Assembly (NCBI GenBank): GCA_004322365.1
Contig: SCTS01000003.1
Span: 2,709-66,708, forward strand
Direction of reading: 5' to 3'
DNA length: 64,000 nt
From: Patescibacteria group bacterium
Lineage (GTDB): Bacteria > Patescibacteriota > Minisyncoccia > Phycocordibacterales > Phycocordibacteraceae
The notes beneath the pieces are model-generated. The model worked only from the letters and a program-made list of their open reading frames with translations. It ran no database searches and was not told the DNA's origin. Positions 18,785 to 29,768 of the stretch are shown in pieces. The position numbers were made by a program, and so were the translations under genes. Position 1 is the first letter of the stretch. Every line of letters starts with the position of its first letter.

Positions 18785-20251
18785 ATGTTTGGTTTTTTAA
18801 AAAAGAAAGTAGAGCGGTCGCCGATTTTTCTCTACAACACACTCTCAAGAACAAAAGAAGAATTTAAACCAATAAGTGGTAAAAAAGTGCGCATGTATAC
18901 CTGTGGTCCTACGGTATATGACTACGCCCATATTGGGAATCTCCGTGCTTATGTATTTGCCGATACGCTTCGGAGAACACTTGAATACGCTGGTTTTTCA
19001 GTGAAGCAGGTGATTAACATTACTGATGTTGGTCATCTTGCTCAGGACTCCGACGATGGGGAAGATAAGATGACTGCTGCATTGAAGCGTGAAGGTAAGG
19101 AGCTCACCATTGAGAATATGAAAATCCTCGGGGAAGAGTATGCGTCGCTTTTTATTGAAGATTTGAAAGCGCTCAATGTTGAAATGCCTTTCGTATTTCC
19201 ACGAGCTACTGCACACATTCAAGAACAAATTGCATTTATTTCGTCGCTCTTTCAGAAGGGATATGCGTATAAAACCTCAGATGGCATGTATTTTGATACT
19301 GCTAAGTTTCCTTCCTATGGTGCACTTGGTTCGTCTGATGTCGGACAGGGTGTGTCTTCTGCGGGTCAATCACGAATAGTGGCAAATCCCGAAAAGCATG
19401 ACCAACGAGATTTTGCTCTTTGGAAGTTTGACAGTGCGCTTGGTTTTGAAGCGCCGTGGGGAAAGGGGTTTCCTGGTTGGCATATTGAATGTACTGCGAT
19501 GGCAACAAAATATCTTGGTAAAAGTTTTGATATACATACTGGTGGCATCGATCACATTGCCATTCATCACAACAACGAAATTGCACAGGCAGAAGCGGTG
19601 TCTGGGAAAAAATTTGTGAACTATTGGATGCACGGTGAATTTATTACCATAGAAGGAAAACGCATTGGAAAATCAGAAGGGAATGCAATTCGTTTATATC
19701 AGCTTCGTGAAAACAACATAAGTCCAGTTGTATATAGGTATCTTTTGCTCACTGCTCATTATCGTTCACTTTTGAATTTCACATGGGAAGCTGTGCTTGG
19801 AGCACAAACTGCACTTCAGAGAGCTCAACGCATGTTTGCGGATTTTCCACGGAATGGACATATCGCAACTCTCTATCGCACAAAGTTTGAGACGGCGATT
19901 AATGATGATTTGAATATGCCAATCGCAATTGCCGTCATGTGGGAGCTTTTGAAAGATGATTCGGTCACACCTGCCGATAAGCGGGCGACAATTCTCGATT
20001 TTGATCGTGTATTTGGGTTAGGTTTTGGTACGGGATCGCTTTCTGAGAGCTCTAAAGTTTCGGTCACTGCGTTATCTGATGTACCGACGGAGGTAGCGTC
20101 TTTGGTTAAAGAGCGTGAAGAGGCGAGAGATACTAAGGATTGGGCACGCGCTGATGCACTAAGACTTTCCATTGAAGAACAAGGATTTACAGTTGAAGAT
20201 GCCCCAGATAGATCTGTTGTACACAAAGCACCGGAAGGGTTTAGGGGATAG
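18785..20251 (+). CDS. cysS: Cysteine--tRNA ligase
   Basis: MYTCGPTVY, HIGN, PGWHIEC, HTGGIDH, RIGKS (KMSKS-like). Confidence 0.95.
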   Translation: MFGFLKKKVERSPIFLYNTLSRTKEEFKPISGKKVRMYTCGPTVYDYAHIGNLRAYVFADTLRRTLEYAGFSVKQVINITDVGHLAQDSDDGEDKMTAALKREGKELTIENMKILGEEYASLFIEDLKALNVEMPFVFPRATAHIQEQIAFISSLFQKGYAYKTSDGMYFDTAKFPSYGALGSSDVGQGVSSAGQSRIVANPEKHDQRDFALWKFDSALGFEAPWGKGFPGWHIECTAMATKYLGKSFDIHTGGIDHIAIHHNNEIAQAEAVSGKKFVNYWMHGEFITIEGKRIGKSEGNAIRLYQLRENNISPVVYRYLLLTAHYRSLLNFTWEAVLGAQTALQRAQRMFADFPRNGHIATLYRTKFETAINDDLNMPIAIAVMWELLKDDSVTPADKRATILDFDRVFGLGFGTGSLSESSKVSVTALSDVPTEVASLVKEREEARDTKDWARADALRLSIEEQGFTVEDAPDRSVVHKAPEGFRG

Positions 20252-20373
20252 TGGGTAGCGTTTAGGTGTTGAATTTTGGAGTTTTTTCCCTAAACCCTAA
20301 ATGATCCCTTCGGATTCGATGAGGCATCGCCTACTCCCGTGGTATCCTGTTTTTATTAACTAAGCACTTTTAT

Positions 20374-20901
20374 ATGAACAGTAAAAATATCAACGTTATC
20401 ATCATATTGGCAATTGCAGTTGTCGCTATCTTCATCGGACTTGGATTCTTTGGTTTCGGTGGACTTGGTACTACAGGTGCTCCAAAAACTGAACAAAATG
20501 GCGCGCAAGCAATTCTTGCTGAAATTCAACAGACAGGAACAGTTGCAGATCTTCGGGTTCAAGAAATTACTGACGGGGCTGGCGAAGTAGTTGTTGCTGG
20601 GGATACGCTCACCGTTCAATACATTGGTGTTTTACCTGATGGTACAGTTTTTGATTCAACGGATGCACATGGCGGTACACCGTTCACATTTACTATTGGC
20701 GCTGGAAAGGTTATTCAGGGATGGGAAAGAGGTCTTCTTGGTATGAGAGAAGGGGGCCGTCGCTTACTTGCGGTACCGCCGGCGTTAGGATACGGCGCAC
20801 AGGCAAATGGCGTGATTCCTGCGAATGCCACATTGATATTTGATGTGCAACTTTTGAAACGGGTTCCCGCAGGCACTCCTGTCACACCAGCGACTCCATA
20901 A
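20374..20901 (+). CDS. Membrane-anchored FKBP-type peptidyl-prolyl isomerase
   Basis: DGTVFDST, VIQGWERG, PPALGYG, IPANATLIFDV. Confidence 0.92.
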   Translation: MNSKNINVIIILAIAVVAIFIGLGFFGFGGLGTTGAPKTEQNGAQAILAEIQQTGTVADLRVQEITDGAGEVVVAGDTLTVQYIGVLPDGTVFDSTDAHGGTPFTFTIGAGKVIQGWERGLLGMREGGRRLLAVPPALGYGAQANGVIPANATLIFDVQLLKRVPAGTPVTPATP

Positions 20902-20907
20902 GTGGTA

Positions 20908-22143
20908 ATGTCTGTAGGTTCTTTCTCGTTTAAGATACAACACGCGCTTCCCATTGGAGCGCGTGTTGGCATTGTAGAGACTCCCCATGGCTTGTTTGAA
21001 ACTCCTGCGTTTGTGGTAGTGGGGACAAAGGCAACAGTGAAATCTGTGTTGCCTGATGATTTGCGTATGCATGCCGGTGTGGATGTTGCCCTTGCAAATA
21101 CCTACCATCTTTTTCTTCAACCGGGTGAAGATATTGTAGCCGAGGCTGGTGGTCTGCATGCCTTCATGGGCTGGGAAGGGCCTTTATTTACCGACTCAGG
21201 AGGGTTTCAAGTTTTTTCGTTGGGTGTAGGTTTTGGAAAAGGTCTTTCAAAATTTGTCCCCCGTAAGGATGATGTTGGGTTTACAAAACCCAACATTCCA
21301 ACAGTGTTTGATGAAGATGTTCGTTCTCAACATGGGAAGTTGGCTATTGTTGATGATGAGGGAGTTTCCTTTACTTCCCACATTGATGGAACGCTGTATC
21401 GATTTACACCTGAGCGATCAGTCGAAATTCAACACAAGCTCGGGGCTGATATTTTTTTTGCGTTTGATGATTTTGTTTTGCCCGATGCCCCTCGGGAAGA
21501 ACAAATAACTTCAATGCGTCGAACGCATGCATGGGCAGAGCGATCCCTCGCGACACATAGGGCAAACCTTAAAGCCAGAAAACGACAAGCAATTTTCGGC
21601 ATTGTGCAGGGAGGGAGATACGCTGATCTTCGGGCAGAGAGTGCAAAAATAATTGGGGAGATGGAGTTTGATGGCTTTGGTATTGGAGGAACTTTTTCTA
21701 AAGCGGATTTAGGAGAAACTCTTCGAGTTGCCATAGATAACCTCCCACCCGAGAAGCCTCGGCATCTTTTGGGTATAGGAGAACCTGAGGATATTTTTGA
21801 AGCAGTGTCACAAGGCATAGATACTTTTGATTGTGTACAGCCAACACGCCTTGCACGAACGGGAATGATTTACACAGCTCGAGGAAAAGTTAATCTTTTG
21901 AATGAAAAATACATTCGTGACTTCTCGCCGCTCGATGTAGAAACAGGAGGGTATGCCTCGGAGCATTTTTCAAAAGCATATGTAGCGCATTTGTTCCGTG
22001 CAAAAGAAATGCTCGGCGCCACAATAGCCTCAATTCATAATTTATACTTCCTCACTTCTCTGATGAAAAATATTCGTCAATCCATTCAAGAAGATAGATT
22101 TGAGCAGTTTCGAGTATCGTTTTTGAGCCAGTATTCTAATTGA
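20908..22143 (+). CDS. tgt: tRNA-guanine transglycosylase
   Basis: ETPAF, LANTYHL, TDSGGFQVFSL, GIVQGG, DTFDCVQPTR; lacks the CxCxxC Zn motif. Confidence 0.92.
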   Translation: MSVGSFSFKIQHALPIGARVGIVETPHGLFETPAFVVVGTKATVKSVLPDDLRMHAGVDVALANTYHLFLQPGEDIVAEAGGLHAFMGWEGPLFTDSGGFQVFSLGVGFGKGLSKFVPRKDDVGFTKPNIPTVFDEDVRSQHGKLAIVDDEGVSFTSHIDGTLYRFTPERSVEIQHKLGADIFFAFDDFVLPDAPREEQITSMRRTHAWAERSLATHRANLKARKRQAIFGIVQGGRYADLRAESAKIIGEMEFDGFGIGGTFSKADLGETLRVAIDNLPPEKPRHLLGIGEPEDIFEAVSQGIDTFDCVQPTRLARTGMIYTARGKVNLLNEKYIRDFSPLDVETGGYASEHFSKAYVAHLFRAKEMLGATIASIHNLYFLTSLMKNIRQSIQEDRFEQFRVSFLSQYSN

Positions 22144-22190
22144 ATTTTCAAAAGCTGGAACCTGACAGCTGAAAGCTGTACGCTGTCTAG

Positions 22191-23321
22191 ATGGAGCCTC
22201 TTGCGGTAAAAATTCGACCCAAAAATCTTGATGAATTCATTGGGCAGGAGCATTTAGTAGGAGCTGGGAAACCTCTTCGTGTTGCCATAGAAGGTAAACA
22301 CCGATTTTCTTTTGTGCTCTGGGGACCACCAGGAGTAGGAAAGACAACCTTGGCACGCATTTATGCTGATTCACTCGATGCTACTTTTTTTGAACTTTCG
22401 GCTGTTGCAGTTGGGAAAGAAGATATTAGGAAAGTAATAGCTACTGACACAGGTGGAAAACCAAAAGTTTTATTTCTTGACGAAATACATAGATTTAATA
22501 AAGCTCAGCAAGATTTTCTTCTTCCTTTTGTAGAGAAAGGCGACCTAACATTAATTGGGGCAACGACGGAAAATCCTAGTTTTGAAGTTATTCCTGCGCT
22601 TTTGTCCCGTGCCCGCGTATTTGTACTTCAGTCAATATCTGAAGAAAATATGACAAAGATAGTGACTCGCACAGAGGTCACACTCAATGCGGAAGCTATT
22701 GATTGGGTCGTTGCGTATGCGAATGGCGATGCACGAGCTCTAATTACTATTATTGAGAATGCCGAGCGTTTATATGGAGAAGTAACCACAAAGACACTGC
22801 AAGAATCACTTCAATCAGGGCGTCTTCGATACGACAAGAAAGGTGAGGAACACTACGATACTATTTCCGCATTCATAAAAAGCATGCGTGCAAGTCAACC
22901 TGATGCTGCAATGTATTATCTTGCGCGCATGCTTGAGGGTGGGGAAGACCCCGTGTTTATTGCACGGCGTATGGTGATTTTTGCCAGTGAGGATATTGGG
23001 CTCGCTCAACCCACCGCATTAGTGGTAGCAAATGCGGTGTTTGATGCTGTTCGCTCAATAGGAATGCCTGAGGCTGGAATAAATCTGGCCCATGGTGTTG
23101 CCTATCTTTCAAATTCTAAAAAAGACCGTTCCAGCTATGATGCCCTCCGTTCTGCGCAAGCGGATGTTCAGGCTACGGGGAATCTGCCTATCCCTATGAA
23201 TGTGCGTAATGCACCAACAAAGCTTATGAAGGAGTTGGGATACGGCAAGGAGTATACAAAATATGACACAGAGAGTTATTTGCCTGAAAAATTAAAAAAG
23301 AAGAAATATTTTGATTCTTGA
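22191..23321 (+). CDS. rarA: Replication-associated recombination protein A (MgsA)
   Basis: [40 protein letters not shown]. Confidence 0.95.
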   Translation: MEPLAVKIRPKNLDEFIGQEHLVGAGKPLRVAIEGKHRFSFVLWGPPGVGKTTLARIYADSLDATFFELSAVAVGKEDIRKVIATDTGGKPKVLFLDEIHRFNKAQQDFLLPFVEKGDLTLIGATTENPSFEVIPALLSRARVFVLQSISEENMTKIVTRTEVTLNAEAIDWVVAYANGDARALITIIENAERLYGEVTTKTLQESLQSGRLRYDKKGEEHYDTISAFIKSMRASQPDAAMYYLARMLEGGEDPVFIARRMVIFASEDIGLAQPTALVVANAVFDAVRSIGMPEAGINLAHGVAYLSNSKKDRSSYDALRSAQADVQATGNLPIPMNVRNAPTKLMKELGYGKEYTKYDTESYLPEKLKKKKYFDS

Positions 23322-23345
23322 CAGAATTTTTGAAAAGAGTATTTT
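23318..23345 (+). promoter_or_regulatory. Putative sigma70 promoter for leader peptide
   Basis: TTGACA-16 nt-TATTTT, ATG 6 nt later. Confidence 0.55.
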
Positions 23346-23351
23346 GGATAT

Positions 23352-23405
23352 ATGGCAACTGTAGTTCGTAACTTTGGCCTTCTTCTCGTCGTCAGCCTAC
23401 GCTAA
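23352..23405 (+). CDS. Leu/Val-rich leader peptide MATVVRNFGLLLVVSLR
   Basis: 17-codon ORF with CTT CTT CTC GTC GTC run; resembles enterobacterial LeuL (MSHIVRFTGLLLL). Confidence 0.7.
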   Translation: MATVVRNFGLLLVVSLR

Positions 23406-23464
23406 CGGAGGGGATTTGAGTTATATAAAAAAAACAAACCCTTCCCTAAAACGGAGGGGTTTTT
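23378..23464 (+). promoter_or_regulatory. Ribosome-dependent transcription attenuator (alternative hairpins and terminator)
   Basis: Terminator AAACCCTTCC/GGAGGGGTTT+TT (23436-23464); upstream CGGAGGGGATTTG can pair with the same left arm or with the leader codons. Confidence 0.7.
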
Positions 23465-23477
23465 AAAAATAAATATC

Positions 23478-23669
23478 ATGAGTATAGATAATGGGGAGAG
23501 AGGTCATCGCGGATTTTTAGGTTCACGACAGCACGTTGAACACAAAAGTGTACATCCTGGATGTTTTTGTCAAATGAAGCTTTCATCTGAAAATTCTACC
23601 CCTACGCATGACCGTTATATATGTATCTTTGAAGGGTGTCATAGGGGAAAATGGGAGCGAAAAATATAA
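23478..23669 (+). CDS. Small His/Cys-containing hypothetical protein
   Basis: HPGCFC-x17-CIFEGC; clean ORF between the attenuator and uvrB. Confidence 0.55.
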   Translation: MSIDNGERGHRGFLGSRQHVEHKSVHPGCFCQMKLSSENSTPTHDRYICIFEGCHRGKWERKI

Positions 23670-23694
23670 TTTTTGAGTTTTTTGTTATAGTGCC

Positions 23695-25782
23695 ATGGTG
23701 AACGGGTTTAAACTCAAATCAGAATATTCACCCGCGGGTGATCAGCCTAAGGCCATTGAGGCGTTGGTTAAAGGTGTGAAAAAAGGGGAGTCACATCAGA
23801 CACTTCTTGGTGTCACGGGGTCGGGTAAAACATTCACTGTTGCAAATGTTATACAGCAGATTCAAAAGCCAACCTTAGTTATTGCGCACAATAAAACACT
23901 TGCAGCACAACTCACACAAGAGTATCGAGAATTTTTTCCTGAAAATGCAGTGCATTATTTTGTTTCCTATTACGATTACTATCAGCCAGAGGCATATATG
24001 CCGATGACTGATACCTACATCGAGAAAGAGGCTCAAATTAACGCTGAAATTGATCGTTTACGCCACGCTTCTACTCAGGCACTTTTAACTCGAAGTGATG
24101 TCATTATTGTGGCATCTGTCTCTGCTATATACGGCCTTGGCTCTCCTGAGCAATATAAAAGAGTTCATAGAAACATTAAAGTGGGCGAGAAGTTTGAGCG
24201 TGCGGAGTTCGTGCGCGCCCTCATTGGATTGCAGTTTGAGCGAACTAATGCTGATTTAACTCCAGGAACATTTAGAGCGGTAGGTGCCAATGTTGAACTG
24301 ATGCCAGTCAACGAAGTGGCGGTGTACCGTATTCATCCAGAGAATGGAAAGATTGCACATATCAGTAAATTGAATGCGGTCTCGCGAGCTCTCGTTGATG
24401 AACCAAAAGAATTTTTTCTTTTTCCTGCAAAGCATTACGTTACCGATGAAGCCGATAGAGGAAGAGCAGTTGCGGATATACAAAAAGAACTTGATGTTCG
24501 TTTAGTTCAGCTTGAAGCTGAAGGGAAAATGCTTGAAGCAGAACGCTTGCGGAGACGCACTCGCTACGATCTCGCTCTCATTCGTGAAATTGGATACTGT
24601 AACGGTATTGAAAATTACTCTTGTCATTTTGATGGGCGCAAAGCTGGAGAGCCACCCTACACACTTCTCTCATATTTTCCGCACAAAGCAGATGGAACGC
24701 CAGACTTCTTGACGGTCATTGATGAATCGCATGTGACTATTCCTCAGCTTCGTGGCATGTATGCGGGAGATCAGTCACGAAAGAAAATGCTCATTGATTA
24801 TGGGTTTCGATTGCCCTCTGCTGCGGATAATCGCCCTCTAACATTTGATGAATTTGAAGGAAGGGTGGGTGAAAAAGTGTATACCAGTGCAACACCGGGA
24901 GTGTATGAGTTTGAACACTCGGGTAAGCCTATTGAGCAAGTGATTCGCCCTACTGGGCTCATTGATCCTGAAATAATAATTCGTCCTGTAACTGGCACCA
25001 GTTCGTCTAGTAGTCAGGTTGTCGACTTTATAGAAGAAACCATCACGGTAGTAAAAGGAGGAGGGCGGGTATTGGTAACGACGCTCACGAAGAAAATGGC
25101 AGAAGATTTATCTGAATTTTTAAAGGAAAAGAAAATAAAAGCAGAATATATTCATAGCGACATTAAGACGATTGACCGCATTACTATTCTTACTGAATTT
25201 CGTAAGGGTACCTTTGACTGCTTGGTGGGCGTTAACCTACTTCGTGAAGGACTCGACCTGCCTGAAGTTGAGCTTGTGGGAATATTGGATGCAGACAAAG
25301 AAGGATTTCTTCGTTCCGATACATCGCTTATTCAAACTATAGGTCGTGCCGCAAGAAATGTGAACGGCAGAGTTATTCTTTATGCGGATGGTATGACGGG
25401 TTCCATGGAGCGTGCCATCGGTGAGACTAACCGTCGTCGTGCAGTTCAGCTTGCCTACAATAAAAAACACGGCATTACACCGAAAACCATTCATAAGGTT
25501 ATTAAAGACATCACCGAGACACTGCAGTCAGAGCGAGCCGCTACTATCGCTATGCTTTTGGCAGTTGATGAGGATCGCACGCATGATCCTAAAGCCTTGA
25601 AGGCTCTTATTGCAGAAAAGCGTCAGCAAATGGAAGACGCTGTAGAGGTTCTTGATTTTGAAACTGCTGCATTGTTGCGTGATGAGGTGTATAAACTCGA
25701 AGAGAAGTTGCCAGTGCCCAAAAAACCTAAGCGCAAACCAAAATGGCCTAAGAAGGGGATGGTTGTAAATTTAGAGGACTAA
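23695..25782 (+). CDS. uvrB: Excinuclease ABC subunit B
   Basis: PAGDQP, GVTGSGKT, YYDYYQPEAY, DESH, UVR tail. Confidence 0.97.
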   Translation: MVNGFKLKSEYSPAGDQPKAIEALVKGVKKGESHQTLLGVTGSGKTFTVANVIQQIQKPTLVIAHNKTLAAQLTQEYREFFPENAVHYFVSYYDYYQPEAYMPMTDTYIEKEAQINAEIDRLRHASTQALLTRSDVIIVASVSAIYGLGSPEQYKRVHRNIKVGEKFERAEFVRALIGLQFERTNADLTPGTFRAVGANVELMPVNEVAVYRIHPENGKIAHISKLNAVSRALVDEPKEFFLFPAKHYVTDEADRGRAVADIQKELDVRLVQLEAEGKMLEAERLRRRTRYDLALIREIGYCNGIENYSCHFDGRKAGEPPYTLLSYFPHKADGTPDFLTVIDESHVTIPQLRGMYAGDQSRKKMLIDYGFRLPSAADNRPLTFDEFEGRVGEKVYTSATPGVYEFEHSGKPIEQVIRPTGLIDPEIIIRPVTGTSSSSSQVVDFIEETITVVKGGGRVLVTTLTKKMAEDLSEFLKEKKIKAEYIHSDIKTIDRITILTEFRKGTFDCLVGVNLLREGLDLPEVELVGILDADKEGFLRSDTSLIQTIGRAARNVNGRVILYADGMTGSMERAIGETNRRRAVQLAYNKKHGITPKTIHKVIKDITETLQSERAATIAMLLAVDEDRTHDPKALKALIAEKRQQMEDAVEVLDFETAALLRDEVYKLEEKLPVPKKPKRKPKWPKKGMVVNLED

Positions 25783-25851
25783 AGACTCTAGCGTCGGCCT
25801 TCATGAGGCGGTACTATAGGGGTACCGCCGAACCGGCGGTTATTCGTATAT

Positions 25852-28476
25852 ATGGCAAAAGAAAAATCGAAAGATATTCATGACTCTGATGTAGGTCTCG
25901 ACAAGATTGTTGTTCGAGGTGCAAAGACACATAACCTCAAGAATGTTTCCCTAGAGATTCCTCGAAACAAGCTTGTGGTATTTACAGGTCTTTCTGGTTC
26001 AGGAAAATCGTCACTTGCATTCGACACCATTTTTGCTGAAGGACAGAGAAGGTATGTAGAGTCACTTTCTGCATACGCTCGGCAATTTTTAAACCAGATG
26101 GCAAAGCCCGATGTCGAGGAGATTACTGGCCTTTCCCCAGCCATCGCTATTGATCAGAAAAGTCGCTCCAATAACCCGCGCTCCACGGTGGCTACTATTA
26201 CTGAGATTTATGACTACATGCGTATTCTGTATGCTCGCGTAGGTCAGCCGTACTGTACACAAGACGACACTCCAATTCAGAAACTTTCCAAAGAAGAGAT
26301 TATGAAGATAATTCTTCGCACAGCTGAGGTGGTTGATTTGAAAGCAACAGCAAAGAGGGCAATGGGGGTTGCATATAATGATTTGAAAGTTCGTATTTTG
26401 GCTCCCGTAGTTGTCGGTAGAAAGGGTGAATATTACCAACTCCTGTATGACTTACTCGGTAAAGGATTTGAGAAAGTAATTGTTGACGGAAAAGAACATT
26501 CACTTCGAGAGAGAATTGCTATTGAAAAGAATAAGGTGCACGACATTGATGTTGTAGTGGATGAGATTTTTGTTACCGAATTTGAAAAATCAAAAGTAGA
26601 TGCACGGGAACGCTTATCTGAAGCGATTGAGCTTGCGCTTAAAGAATCGAACGGTCTTATAAAGATAGAAAACCCACTGAAAGAAGTACGCATTCTTTCT
26701 GCAAAATTCATCTGTCCTTTAGACGGTTCTTCATTCCCTGAAGTTGAACCTCGACTATTCTCATTCAATAGCCCGTATGGTGCATGCCCTGAATGTCACG
26801 GCCTTGGCACAGTCGGATTCTTTAATCTCGATATTTGTACTGTGTGTGAAGGGAAGCGCCTTCGACCAGAAGCACTCCGTGTGTTTTTGGGAGGCACTGA
26901 AAACAAACTGGGTATTTCGATTGTTGATTTGACTCGACTTTCAATTATTGATGCAAAGGCTTTTATTGAAAATCTTAAACTGACCAAAAAACAGGAAGAA
27001 ATTTCAAGCGCCATTCTCAAAGAAATTCTTGCACGCTTACAATTCATGATTGACGTAGGTATTGGCTATCTTACCCTCGATCGTACTGCCAACACGCTTT
27101 CTGGTGGTGAGGCACAGCGTATTAGGCTCGCATCTCAGTTGGGAAGCGGTCTTGTGGGCGCCTTATACGTTCTCGATGAACCAACTATAGGTCTTCACCA
27201 AAAAGATAATGATCGTTTAGTTAAAACACTTTTACGGCTTCGAGATTTAGGTAACAGCATCATTGTTGTGGAGCATGACGAAGATACTATTTTTTCCTCG
27301 GATTTTATTGTGGACATTGGCCCAGGGGCTGGGGTACATGGGGGAGAGATAGTTGTTGCTGGGTGGCTCGACAAACTCCTTACAGCAAAACGAAATGACT
27401 CAGGCTCTTTGACACTCTCGTACCTTCGTGGAGAAAAAAAGATTCCGATTCCCGATGAGCGACGCACTGAGCAAAAAGGTGCCTTGAAAGTGAGACAAGG
27501 AAATATTTTCAACATCAAGAATATGGATGTTGATGTTCCTTTGGGTAGGTTGATTTGTGTCACTGGTGTTTCGGGCTCTGGAAAGTCATCTTTTATGTAT
27601 GAACTATTGTATAAAAATCTCCGAGGGAAGTTAGAGCGAAATTATAGAACAACAAAGCTGTATAACTGTGCAAGTTTTTCAGGCGCTGAATATTTGAGTC
27701 GAGTCATTCTTATCGACCAATCATCTATTGGTCGCACACCTCGCTCTAACCCCGCAACATATACGGGTGCCTTTTCACATATTCGAGATATGTTTGCTGC
27801 AACGACTGAGGCTCGTGCTCGAGGATGGAAGGGTGGTAGGTTCTCGTTCAATGTAAAGGGAGGACGATGTGAGGCATGCCAAGGAAACGGCACCATTGCC
27901 GTTGAGATGCATTTCTTGCCCACAGTGTATGTAACTTGCGATGTGTGTGACGGTAAGCGCTTTATGAAGGAAACCTTGGAAGTCGAATACCGAAAGAAAA
28001 ACATACATCAAGTACTTTCTATGACAGTGGAAGAGGGACTTGAGTTCTTTAATGATATTCCCGCTATTCATGATCGTCTTAAAACACTTTCAGAAGTGGG
28101 CCTTGGCTACTTGAAGTTAGGTCAATCCGCAACGACACTTTCAGGTGGTGAAGCCCAAAGAGTGAAGATTTCTTCGGAGCTCTACCGTAGACACACCGAA
28201 AAGACTATTTATCTTTTAGACGAGCCTACTATCGGGCTTCACTATGAAGATGTTCGAAAACTTATAGACATTTTGCAGACCCTCGTAAACAAAGGGAATA
28301 CAGTCATGGTTATTGAACACAACATGGAACTCATAAAGAGTTCTGACTTCGTTATCGATATTGGACCTGACGGGGGAGTTGATGGAGGGAAAATCGTCGC
28401 CAAGGGTACGCCTGAAGAAGTGGCGCGGACGAAAGGCTCATATACTGGGGAATATTTGAAACCACTCTTGAAATAA
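25852..28476 (+). CDS. uvrA: Excinuclease ABC subunit A
   Basis: [20 protein letters not shown], two [19 protein letters not shown]. Confidence 0.97.
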   Translation: MAKEKSKDIHDSDVGLDKIVVRGAKTHNLKNVSLEIPRNKLVVFTGLSGSGKSSLAFDTIFAEGQRRYVESLSAYARQFLNQMAKPDVEEITGLSPAIAIDQKSRSNNPRSTVATITEIYDYMRILYARVGQPYCTQDDTPIQKLSKEEIMKIILRTAEVVDLKATAKRAMGVAYNDLKVRILAPVVVGRKGEYYQLLYDLLGKGFEKVIVDGKEHSLRERIAIEKNKVHDIDVVVDEIFVTEFEKSKVDARERLSEAIELALKESNGLIKIENPLKEVRILSAKFICPLDGSSFPEVEPRLFSFNSPYGACPECHGLGTVGFFNLDICTVCEGKRLRPEALRVFLGGTENKLGISIVDLTRLSIIDAKAFIENLKLTKKQEEISSAILKEILARLQFMIDVGIGYLTLDRTANTLSGGEAQRIRLASQLGSGLVGALYVLDEPTIGLHQKDNDRLVKTLLRLRDLGNSIIVVEHDEDTIFSSDFIVDIGPGAGVHGGEIVVAGWLDKLLTAKRNDSGSLTLSYLRGEKKIPIPDERRTEQKGALKVRQGNIFNIKNMDVDVPLGRLICVTGVSGSGKSSFMYELLYKNLRGKLERNYRTTKLYNCASFSGAEYLSRVILIDQSSIGRTPRSNPATYTGAFSHIRDMFAATTEARARGWKGGRFSFNVKGGRCEACQGNGTIAVEMHFLPTVYVTCDVCDGKRFMKETLEVEYRKKNIHQVLSMTVEEGLEFFNDIPAIHDRLKTLSEVGLGYLKLGQSATTLSGGEAQRVKISSELYRRHTEKTIYLLDEPTIGLHYEDVRKLIDILQTLVNKGNTVMVIEHNMELIKSSDFVIDIGPDGGVDGGKIVAKGTPEEVARTKGSYTGEYLKPLLK

Positions 28477-28497
28477 TGATTTTGGTATAGTGACTCT

Positions 28498-29727
28498 GTG
28501 AAGAAGAAAGATCTAGATTTTTCAAAAATCCCTGATACACCAGGTATTTATATCTTTCGTAAAGGAAAGAAGATTTTATATATAGGGAAGGCAACATCAC
28601 TTCGAAGTAGAATCCGTAGCTATTTTGTTGTTGCGATAGCTGATATTCGCAGTCCCTTGATTGCAAAGATTGTTGTAGATGCGGAAGCTGTGACATGGGA
28701 AGAAACCGATTCAGTTTTAGAGGCATTTCTTTTGGAATCGAAACGAATAAAAGAATATCAGCCGGTAGGAAATACAGATGCGAAAGATAATAAGAGTTGG
28801 AATTATTTAGTGGTTACCAATGAAACCTTTCCTCGTTTTCTTGTCGTTCGTGAAAGAGAGCTTACTTCTAAATTTTCTCCATCTCTCATCAAGTATCTCT
28901 TCGGGCCTTTCCCGAGTGGAGTGATGCTCAAGAGTGCTTTAAAAATAATTCGTAGAATCTTTCCTTTTTTCGACACCAAGTTTCCTCTAGACAATCATTT
29001 AAGCCCTGCGAATGAAAAAACACTTCACTTTAATCAATCTATTGGACTCTATCCTCGAGAGCTCAATGAAATTGAATATAAAAAAACCGTTCGCAATATC
29101 GTTCTTCTCTTTGAAGCAAAGAAATCCACTCTTTTGAAAACATTGGAGCGAGAAATGATGAAGTCTGCAAAAGCTGAAGATTTTGAAGAAGCAGAAAAAT
29201 TAAAGCGGCAAGTGTTTGCTCTGAGGCATATTCAAGACATTAGTTTAGTAAAAGAAGAACTTCGTGCCCCTGAGAGTTCGGAATTTCGTATTGAAGCGTA
29301 TGACACAGCGCATATTCGGGGGAGTGCTCCACGAGGAGTTATGTCGGTCATAGTGGATGGGAAAGCTGTTCCCGCTGAATATCGAACATTTACAATTCGA
29401 GATGCAAAGGCAGGGGATGATTACGCAGCCCTTACAGAGATAATTACTCGAAGAGCTAATCACCCTGAGTGGCCTTTTCCAAAATTAATTGTTATTGATG
29501 GAGGAAAAACGCATCTGAATATCGCAAAGAAGTTGCTTGTGAAAGTGGGCATTGATGCGGATGTTGTTTCTGTAGTAAAAGATGAACGACATCGTCCACG
29601 AGAAATCTTAGGCGGTACTGCACTTGCCGTAACGCATGAATCCAGCATTCTTCTTGCAAATAGTGAAGCGCATCGATTTTCTATAGCAAGGCATAGGCAA
29701 GCGCTCCGGAAGTCGAGTTTGCAGTAA
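28498..29727 (+). CDS. uvrC: Excinuclease ABC subunit C (short form, no C-terminal HhH)
   Basis: PGIY..LYIGKA GIY-YIG, UVR, RIEAYD, DDYAAL, IDGG, EAHRFSI. Confidence 0.9.
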   Translation: MKKKDLDFSKIPDTPGIYIFRKGKKILYIGKATSLRSRIRSYFVVAIADIRSPLIAKIVVDAEAVTWEETDSVLEAFLLESKRIKEYQPVGNTDAKDNKSWNYLVVTNETFPRFLVVRERELTSKFSPSLIKYLFGPFPSGVMLKSALKIIRRIFPFFDTKFPLDNHLSPANEKTLHFNQSIGLYPRELNEIEYKKTVRNIVLLFEAKKSTLLKTLEREMMKSAKAEDFEEAEKLKRQVFALRHIQDISLVKEELRAPESSEFRIEAYDTAHIRGSAPRGVMSVIVDGKAVPAEYRTFTIRDAKAGDDYAALTEIITRRANHPEWPFPKLIVIDGGKTHLNIAKKLLVKVGIDADVVSVVKDERHRPREILGGTALAVTHESSILLANSEAHRFSIARHRQALRKSSLQ

Positions 29728-29768
29728 TTTTGGAACCTATTTTCTGAAGGTGCGGTACAATATTTAAC

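Noticed and set aside
20288-20301. CCCTAAA x2, plant-telomere-like
   Set aside because: Only two units; part of the general heptamer tracts in an otherwise bacterial context.
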